DNA from: an uncultured Gemmatimonadales bacterium
GTDB lineage: Bacteria; Gemmatimonadota; Gemmatimonadetes; Gemmatimonadales; GWC2-71-9
DNA: 64,000 nt
Reading direction: 5' to 3'
Assembly: GCA_963825055.1 (NCBI GenBank)
Contig: CAWGSK010000012.1
Location: forward strand, 192,001 to 256,000
Positions 57,965-64,000 of this stretch are shown here, piece by piece. The translations under genes were made by a program, and so were the position numbers. Under the pieces are notes generated by a model. That model saw nothing but the letters and a program-made list of their open reading frames with translations. It was not told where the DNA came from and did not search any database. Every line of letters starts with the position of its first letter. Within the stretch, counting starts at the first letter, position 1.

Positions 57965-59763
57965 GGCCGGTCGCTGGCGGTGAGCGCGTCGAAGATATCT
58001 GCGATGGTCATCATGCGCGTCTGCACGGGGATCTCGGGGGCGGCGAGCCCGTGGGGATACCCGCTCCCGTCCAGTTTCTCGTGGTGGCCCAGCGCAATGG
58101 CGGGCACGGCCTTGAGGTCACGGGTCCACGGGATACCCTTGAGGAAATTGAAGGTGTGGGTGACGTGCCGCTCGATCTCCCGGCGCTCGCCGGGGTCGAG
58201 GGTACCCTGGCCGATCCGCAGGAAGGCCAGCTCTGCCGGATCGAGGCACGGCTGCATGGCTCCCGCAAGGTCTTCGTACGCTTCACCGGCAGCCGCATCC
58301 AGCGCGGGCGAGACCTCGCCTATCACGACGCTCGGCAGATTCGCCTCCTCCACCAGCGTCTTCAGCTTCCCGATGCGCTCCACCTCGGCCGCGTACCGCG
58401 CCTCGGCCTCCCGCACAAAGGCCTCGTAGCCGCTGCTGCCGTGAGTCTCCAGGTGGGCGGCGCGCTCCATGGCAAGTCGCCACTGCGCGGTGCGGAGCAT
58501 GAAGGCGCAGCGCTGGCGGAAACCGGCCAGGTCCTGGGGGTAGAGCTTGGTCTCCTTGACCAGAACGTTCTCACGCACGCCGACCTTGCCGAAGTCGTGC
58601 AGCAGGCACGCATAGCGGAGTTCCCGGATCTGCTCGCGCGAGAAGCGCAGGTCGCGGTAGGCGCCCTGCCGTACGCGGTCCACCACGTCCGCCAGGGCGA
58701 TGGTGTGTCGGGCGACGCGTTCCGAATGCCCCGATGTCGCGGGGTCACGCTGTTCAATGGCGGTCACCGCCGCTCGGATAAAACCTTCGAAAAGCCGCTC
58801 GATGCTGGCGTAGAGCTGGGAGTTTTCCAGCGCGACCGCCGCCTGCCCGGCCAGTGCCCGGACGAGGCGCACCATGTCCTGGCTGTAGGGCAGCGCCTCC
58901 CGCGCCGAGACCTCCGGCGAATCCAGGCGCACATCGGAGTGCCGCTTACGGTTGATGAGCTGCAGGACCCCGATGGTCTCGCCCTGGTGGTTTTCCATCG
59001 GCACGACCAGCGCGGAACGGGTGCGGTAGCCGGAGCGATCGTCGAACGACTGGTTGAACCGGTAGGGCAAGTCGGGTGCAAGGCCGTACACGTCCTCCAC
59101 CACCAGGGGCCGCCGTTCCACCGCAGCGTACCCTGCCAGCGAGGTGCGGTCCATCGGAACGGTGAACTCGAGCAGTGGGAGATCAGGGCGGCTGTCGTTC
59201 TGGCTGAGCTTGAAGCGGAGGTGCGGCCCACCGCGCGGCGTGGCCTCGACCAGGTAGAGGCTTCCCGCATCGGACACCGTGATGCGGCGGGCCTGGTAGA
59301 GAATCTGTTCCAGGAGCCGGTCCGTGTTCCGTTCGGTTGCCAGGAGGATCCCGATGTCGGTGAGCTCGGAGAGATCCCCCTCCTGCCGGGCGACCTGCGT
59401 TTCCAGCGAGCGCAGACGGGCCTCCGCGGCAGAGGCGCGGAAGGCGGACCGTAAGGCCAGCAGCAGCTGGCGCCGGGGCCACGGCCAGGGGATCCAGGCG
59501 GCCACGTCCCCGTCGCCCGCAGGTGCATCGGCCTCCCCCTCGGCGCCAAGGAGGATCAAGGCCGCGCCGGCCTGATGCAGGCTGTGGCGCGTGGCGTTGG
59601 CGAGCGACTCGCGTGATGCGGGGTCAAGCACCACCGCGAGCGGCTCCCCCAGCCGGGGAAGCGCGTCCGCCTGGAGTGGAACGATCCGGATTCCCTCGGC
59701 GGCCAGTGCCTCGGTCAGGTCGCCGGGTGACCAGCCCCTGGCGTGGAGGAGGGTGAGCGGCAT
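57838..59763 (-). CDS. GAF + HD-GYP phosphodiesterase with a degenerate receiver-like N-terminus
   Basis: GAF domain (DAGSLYL, YRTRSALVVPM..GVLQLIN); HSERVA, LLHDFGKVGV, HHEKLDGSGYP, ADIFDALT..DRPYK. Confidence 0.9.
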   Translation of the reverse strand: MPLTLLHARGWSPGDLTEALAAEGIRIVPLQADALPRLGEPLAVVLDPASRESLANATRHSLHQAGAALILLGAEGEADAPAGDGDVAAWIPWPWPRRQLLLALRSAFRASAAEARLRSLETQVARQEGDLSELTDIGILLATERNTDRLLEQILYQARRITVSDAGSLYLVEATPRGGPHLRFKLSQNDSRPDLPLLEFTVPMDRTSLAGYAAVERRPLVVEDVYGLAPDLPYRFNQSFDDRSGYRTRSALVVPMENHQGETIGVLQLINRKRHSDVRLDSPEVSAREALPYSQDMVRLVRALAGQAAVALENSQLYASIERLFEGFIRAAVTAIEQRDPATSGHSERVARHTIALADVVDRVRQGAYRDLRFSREQIRELRYACLLHDFGKVGVRENVLVKETKLYPQDLAGFRQRCAFMLRTAQWRLAMERAAHLETHGSSGYEAFVREAEARYAAEVERIGKLKTLVEEANLPSVVIGEVSPALDAAAGEAYEDLAGAMQPCLDPAELAFLRIGQGTLDPGERREIERHVTHTFNFLKGIPWTRDLKAVPAIALGHHEKLDGSGYPHGLAAPEIPVQTRMMTIADIFDALTASDRPYKPAVPVERAFEIIDDEVGSGRLDADLFAMFREAVRDAPVR

Positions 59764-59773
59764 TGCCCCGGGA

Positions 59774-60472
59774 TCAACCTCCGGCCTTCTGCAGGCCTTC
59801 CCGTGCCTCGGAGTATTCCGGATACACCTCGAGGGCCTTCCGGTAATACTCGACGGCCCGGGCGCTGTCGCCACGATCCTGGTACAGGAGCGCGCGGCTG
59901 TAGTACGTCACGGCCTCGGCGGGCACCGCCCGCGCGCGCGCCGCGCTGGCGATGTTCTCGGGCAGGGGAGGGAGCTTGGTATTCGCCATGATCCCTTCCG
60001 CCGACTGCTGGATCAGGCTGTACAGTTCGTCACGCGGCTTCGGGCCGACCGAGACCACCTTGAGGATCTCCCCTGTCTCGACATCCACGATACGCGTGTC
60101 GATCCGGAACTTGCCGTAGAAGTCGGTGAATACGCCCATGATCATGTAGCGGGCGCCCACCAGCTTCCCGATACGCGCCGCGGTCGTGGCATCGACGCGT
60201 CCGGCCTCGGCGAGGTTCTGTTCGTCAAGCATCTGCCGGATACTGGAACGCTCCACCACGCGCGCCGCCGGATTCCGGCTGAGCGCGCTGATGATCATGG
60301 CGGGTATGCCCTGGCGCAGGGCCGCGAAGTCTTCCTTGTCGCGCCCATAGGAGCCGCCGTCGTCGTACGGGAGGACCGCGATGCCCGGCCGGCGGTCCTG
60401 CGCGGCCGCGGTGCGTACGGCGGGCACCGTGAGCGTCAGCAGCAGCAGCGCCATCACGTATCGTTTCAACAT
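59774..60472 (-). CDS. Secreted CsgG/HfaB (TolB-N-like) protein with a C-terminal TPR
   Basis: Signal peptide; VVERS.I...LDEQ.L..GRVD..TAARIGKLVGA; RIVDVETGEI; TPR YYRKALEVYP. Confidence 0.82.
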   Translation of the reverse strand: MLKRYVMALLLLTLTVPAVRTAAAQDRRPGIAVLPYDDGGSYGRDKEDFAALRQGIPAMIISALSRNPAARVVERSSIRQMLDEQNLAEAGRVDATTAARIGKLVGARYMIMGVFTDFYGKFRIDTRIVDVETGEILKVVSVGPKPRDELYSLIQQSAEGIMANTKLPPLPENIASAARARAVPAEAVTYYSRALLYQDRGDSARAVEYYRKALEVYPEYSEAREGLQKAGG

Positions 60473-60484
60473 GCCCACTCCTCG

Positions 60485-61351
60485 CTAGAGACGTATCTGC
60501 ATGCCCTCGCGGGCCGCATCCACCTGCAGGTCGGGACAGCGGCCCCCGGCCAGGGCCCGTGCACGTGCGAGCAGCCCGTCCAGATCGCTGTCGTCGTGCG
60601 TCGGCTCATGATGGAAGAGCACCAGCCGGTTCACTCCGCTCTCGGCGGCGACCTCGACGGCCTCACTGGCCGTGGAATGCCCCCAGCCCGCCCGGTCAGC
60701 GCCGAGTTCCTCGGTATACATCGCGTCATGGATCAACGTGTGTACGCCCGAAAGGAACTGCACGAACCGCGCCCGCCAGTCATCCGGTACGTCATACTGG
60801 CCGCCCGGACCGAGTTCATTGTCCGTCACGTACGCCAGGGTCTGGCCCCCGGCTCTCGGGGTCAGGCGATAGGCCAGCGTGCACCCGGGATGCCGCAGCC
60901 GCATCGTGGCGACGTCATACCCGTCCGTGACGAACGATTCTTCCCCGATCTCCTGCACGCTGAGGTCGGCCGGCAGCGCGGTGAGGGGCACCGGGAAGAC
61001 CATGGGGTCCATCTGCCGGTCCAGCACCTCGCGGAGCGGCACGTTCATCTGCCTCGCGCCGTGGATGCGGATCCGGTTCCCGCGCACCGCCAGCGGCCCG
61101 AAGAACGGGAGGCCCTGGATGTGGTCCCAGTGCGTGTGCGAAATCATCACGTCCGCCCGCAGCGGGCTGCGCCCGGCGCGGCCCAGCGCGAGTCCGAGTT
61201 CCCGGATTCCGCTGCCGGCGTCCAGGATCACCAGATGACCCTCTGCGTCTTCGACCGTGGTGCACGGCGTGTTACCGCCGTAGCGCACGGTTCCCGCGCC
61301 CGGCGAGGGAATCGAGCCCCGCGTACCCCAGAACGTGATGGTGGTGTCCAC
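60485..61351 (-). CDS. MBL-fold metallo-hydrolase (RNase Z / cyclic-nucleotide phosphodiesterase-like)
   Basis: FWGTRGSIP..YGGNTPC, LDAGSG, SHTHWDHIQG (HxHxDH), HPG, TDNE, WGHS, LFHHEP. Confidence 0.9.
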   Translation of the reverse strand: MDTTITFWGTRGSIPSPGAGTVRYGGNTPCTTVEDAEGHLVILDAGSGIRELGLALGRAGRSPLRADVMISHTHWDHIQGLPFFGPLAVRGNRIRIHGARQMNVPLREVLDRQMDPMVFPVPLTALPADLSVQEIGEESFVTDGYDVATMRLRHPGCTLAYRLTPRAGGQTLAYVTDNELGPGGQYDVPDDWRARFVQFLSGVHTLIHDAMYTEELGADRAGWGHSTASEAVEVAAESGVNRLVLFHHEPTHDDSDLDGLLARARALAGGRCPDLQVDAAREGMQIRL

Positions 61352-61404
61352 GGGGATCAGTGGATTGCGAGAAGTGTGCCGGTGGCGGGAGGCCGGGGCC
61401 CCGG

Positions 61405-61420
61405 TGTGACGGACATCACC
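61405..61420. promoter_or_regulatory. CRP-type binding site between crp and the MBL hydrolase gene
   Basis: TGTGA-cggaca-TCACC, a 9/10 match to TGTGA-N6-TCACA. Confidence 0.65.
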
Positions 61421-61438
61421 CGACTTTCGTGAGGTGGA

Positions 61439-62116
61439 TCACGTCCGCCCCGCGGCGGTTTCCAGCGCCGGACGGTTGCGGATCGTGATGTCCTTCCGGG
61501 TAACATCGATGAAACCCGATTCGACGAACTCGCGCATCGTGCGGGAGACCGTCTCCCGGCTGGAGCCGATCATCTGGGCGATGGTGTGGTGGGTCATCTT
61601 CCGCCGGATCAGGTCTCCACCTTCCTCGTCGGCGGCCCGGAGCAGCAGGTCGGCGACGCGCCCGTTGACGTCCAGCAGGACGAGGCTGCCGATCTTCTCG
61701 TCCGCGCGGCGGAGGCGTCGGGACAGTTCCTTGAGCAGCCCGATGGCTACCTCCGGATTGGCCCGGAGCCGCGCCTGGAAGTCCTCGCGCCGCAGCGTGA
61801 GCACCCTGGCATCGTCCATCGAGATGACGTGCGCGGAGCGTGGTGCGTCATCGATCAGCGCCATCTCGCCGAAAAAGCTGCCCTTGCCGAGGATGGACAG
61901 GATGACCTCCCGGCCGTCCTCACCGATCAGGACGACCTTGACCTGCCCCTCGGCCACCAGGTACAGGCTGTCGCCCCGGTCATTCTCGAAGAATATGACG
62001 CTGCCTTTGGGGTAGGTCCGTTCCCGGGTGAGATCGGCAAACGCCTGCATTTCGGTTTCAGGGAGCCCCTGAAAGAGTGGAACTTTGCGGAGAACGTCAA
62101 CCGGGGACAGGCTCAT
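61439..62116 (-). CDS. Crp/Fnr family transcriptional regulator (CRP/GlxR-like)
   Basis: cNMP pocket FGEMALID..PRSA; recognition helix SSRETVSR. Confidence 0.93.
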   Translation of the reverse strand: MSLSPVDVLRKVPLFQGLPETEMQAFADLTRERTYPKGSVIFFENDRGDSLYLVAEGQVKVVLIGEDGREVILSILGKGSFFGEMALIDDAPRSAHVISMDDARVLTLRREDFQARLRANPEVAIGLLKELSRRLRRADEKIGSLVLLDVNGRVADLLLRAADEEGGDLIRRKMTHHTIAQMIGSSRETVSRTMREFVESGFIDVTRKDITIRNRPALETAAGRT

Positions 62117-62152
62117 GGGCTACCTCGCTCGGAGTCGGAAGTGTCTGTCCAG

Positions 62153-62181
62153 ACTTTACTTGCGTACTGGAACGGTGTCAA
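62153..62181 (-). promoter_or_regulatory. sigma70 promoter of the crp-like gene
   Basis: Perfect TTGACA, 17-nt spacer, then TAAAGT, on the minus strand. Confidence 0.75.
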
Positions 62182-62239
62182 TCGGCCCCAAGGCGCCGCG
62201 GCCCGCGTTCGGCGCGGACCAGAGGAATGTAACCGAGGC

Positions 62240-62269
62240 TTGCCCCCGGAGGGCTGCCATGGCTAGATT
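62240..62269 (+). promoter_or_regulatory. Candidate promoter of rpmE-prfA-prmC
   Basis: TTGCCC-N18-TAGATT. Confidence 0.5.
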
Positions 62270-62336
62270 TCCCAGCTTTCCGGGAACGTCAAGTCCAGAC
62301 CGAGCAATCGGTTAGCGCCAGAAGGAGTGGGACCAG

Positions 62337-62555
62337 GTGAAGCCGAACATCCATCCGAAGTACATGCCGATCACGGTGCAGTGTGCCTGCGGCAACAGCT
62401 TCGAGACGCGCAGCACGAATCCGTCGATCCACGTCGAAGTCTGTGCCAAGTGCCATCCGTACTTTACCGGCAAGCAGCGTCTGGTCGATACGGCCGGTCG
62501 CGTTGACCGCTTCCGCCGCAAGTACCAGAAGGCTGCCGACACCGCGCAGGCCTGA
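62337..62555 (+). CDS. rpmE: 50S ribosomal protein L31 (zinc-binding type)
   Basis: [34 protein letters not shown]. Confidence 0.97.
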   Translation: MKPNIHPKYMPITVQCACGNSFETRSTNPSIHVEVCAKCHPYFTGKQRLVDTAGRVDRFRRKYQKAADTAQA

Positions 62556-62558
62556 CGC

Positions 62559-63632
62559 ATGGAACGCCGACTCCGCCAGGCGCGCGCCAGGGCGGAGGAG
62601 GTGGGCCGCGCGCTCTCCGACCCCGCCACGGCGCGGGACCCCGCCAAGCTGAAATCGCTGGGGCGCGAGCATGCCAGACTCGCGCCCATTGTCCAGTCCG
62701 CCGATCGGGTCGCACGTCTCGAGCGCGAACTGGCCGAGGCGCGTGAGCTGCAGGACGATGACGACACCGAGCTCGCGGAGATGGCGACAGCCGACGCGGA
62801 ACGCCTCGAGCAGGAACTCGAGGAGGCTCGTGAGGATCTGCACGAGCGCCTGCTCCCGCGCGATCCGCACGACGATCGCGACGCGATCCTCGAGATCCGG
62901 GCCGGGACCGGCGGCGACGAGGCATCCCTGTTCGCGGCCGACCTGTTCAACATGTACCGCCGCTACGCGGAGCAGCACGACCTCTCGGTGGAGCCGCTCA
63001 CGCTCAGCCAGGGAAATGCCGGCGGCTATCGCGAGGTCATCGTCGCGATTCGCGGGCCGGAGGCGTACGGCCTGCTGCGCCGCGAAAGCGGCGTACACCG
63101 CGTACAGCGGGTTCCCGAAACCGAGACGCAGGGGCGCATCCACACCTCGGCGGCCACCGTGGCCGTGCTCCCGGAGGCCGAGGAGGTGGACGTACAGATC
63201 GAGCCCAACGATCTCAAGATCGACGTGTTCCGCTCGAGTGGTCCGGGGGGCCAGAGCGTGAACACGACGGACAGTGCCGTGCGGATCACGCACCTGCCCA
63301 CCGGGCTCGTCGTGAGCCAGCAGGACCAGAAGTCACAGTTGCAGAACAAGCTCAAGGCGATGGAAGTGCTGCGCGCCCGGCTGCTGGACCGGATGATCGC
63401 CGAGCAGGAGGCGGCGCGCAGCCGTGAGCGCCGGTCCATGGTCGGTACCGGTGACCGCTCGGCCAAGATCCGGACATATAATTTCCCCCAGAGCCGCGTG
63501 ACGGACCACCGGATCAATCTCTCGGTGCACAACCTGGCGGAGGTGCTGGGGGGTGGCCTTGACGAGCTGGTAGATGCGCTGCGGATGGCCAGTCGCCAGG
63601 AAATGCTGGAGGAGGCGGGCACGGATGCCTGA
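62559..63632 (+). CDS. prfA: Peptide chain release factor 1
   Basis: [11 protein letters not shown], PxT motif (PET), [18 protein letters not shown]. Confidence 0.97.
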   Translation: MERRLRQARARAEEVGRALSDPATARDPAKLKSLGREHARLAPIVQSADRVARLERELAEARELQDDDDTELAEMATADAERLEQELEEAREDLHERLLPRDPHDDRDAILEIRAGTGGDEASLFAADLFNMYRRYAEQHDLSVEPLTLSQGNAGGYREVIVAIRGPEAYGLLRRESGVHRVQRVPETETQGRIHTSAATVAVLPEAEEVDVQIEPNDLKIDVFRSSGPGGQSVNTTDSAVRITHLPTGLVVSQQDQKSQLQNKLKAMEVLRARLLDRMIAEQEAARSRERRSMVGTGDRSAKIRTYNFPQSRVTDHRINLSVHNLAEVLGGGLDELVDALRMASRQEMLEEAGTDA

Positions 63633-64000
63633 GACCGGTCCGGCGGTCCAGGACCTCCTGCGCGATGCCGCCGGGCGGCTGACCGCGGCCGGCGGCGACG
63701 GGATACGCGAGTCACGGTGGCTCTGGGAAGCCGTGTCGCGCTTCGGCCGGGCAGCCTTGTTCCTTTCGCAGGTTCCGGAGGACGCCGAGCTGGAGGCCTT
63801 TGCGCGGGCCGTGGAACGGCGGGTACGCGGCGAGCCGCTGGCCCACGTGACGGGCACGATGCAGTTCCGGCACCTGACACTCGCCTCGGACCGCCGGGCG
63901 CTGATCCCGCGTCCCGAAACCGAGGGCCTGGTCGAGCTGGCCCTGGCCCGGGTCTCCACCGGGTGCGCGGCGGACATCGGGACGGGCTCGGGCTGCATCG
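63625..64000 (+). CDS. prmC: Release factor glutamine methyltransferase PrmC (5' part; runs off the window)
   Basis: My translation gives [26 protein letters not shown] and DIGTGSGCI. Confidence 0.93.
   Translation, partial: MPETGPAVQDLLRDAAGRLTAAGGDGIRESRWLWEAVSRFGRAALFLSQVPEDAELEAFARAVERRVRGEPLAHVTGTMQFRHLTLASDRRALIPRPETEGLVELALARVSTGCAADIGTGSGCI

Overview
High-GC core-chromosome window, most consistent with a Gemmatimonadota bacterium (inferred from gene content and protein style; not verified by search). It holds about 55 densely packed CDSs. In order: pgsA-like 3' end, cinA, grpE, dnaJ; ppk1; a minus-strand block of TolC, membrane fusion protein, ABC ATPase, four MacB-type permeases, bshB1, iscS, mnmA and an S9 peptidase; a creatininase-like gene divergent from a large NtrY-like kinase; M23, MOSC, PAP2 and comM; a decayed receiver-domain gene; rmuC; a VIT-vWA/ECF sigma/anti-sigma operon; ArsC-like, ABC-F and MFS; S8 protease, LVIVD and YncE propellers; a frameshifted SDR; arfB, larE, thpR; an NtrX-like regulator, ALDH, an RpoD-family sigma, yajQ, spoIID, lnt; a Crp/MBL hydrolase/CsgG-TPR/GAF-HD-GYP cluster; and rpmE, prfA, prmC. 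I saw no rRNA, tRNA, CRISPR array, transposase or integrase. The most notable signals are: (1) a cyclic-nucleotide module with a near-consensus CRP box in front of its putative phosphodiesterase genes; (2) a family of 7-8 bp intergenic tandem repeats, several with inverted arms and shared units; (3) a TAnnTT box 5-7 nt before at least six ATGs, suggesting leaderless transcription; (4) an AT-rich patch in the sensor end of the anti-sigma factor; (5) two paralogous permease pairs sharing one MacAB-TolC-type machine behind an ECF-type promoter.
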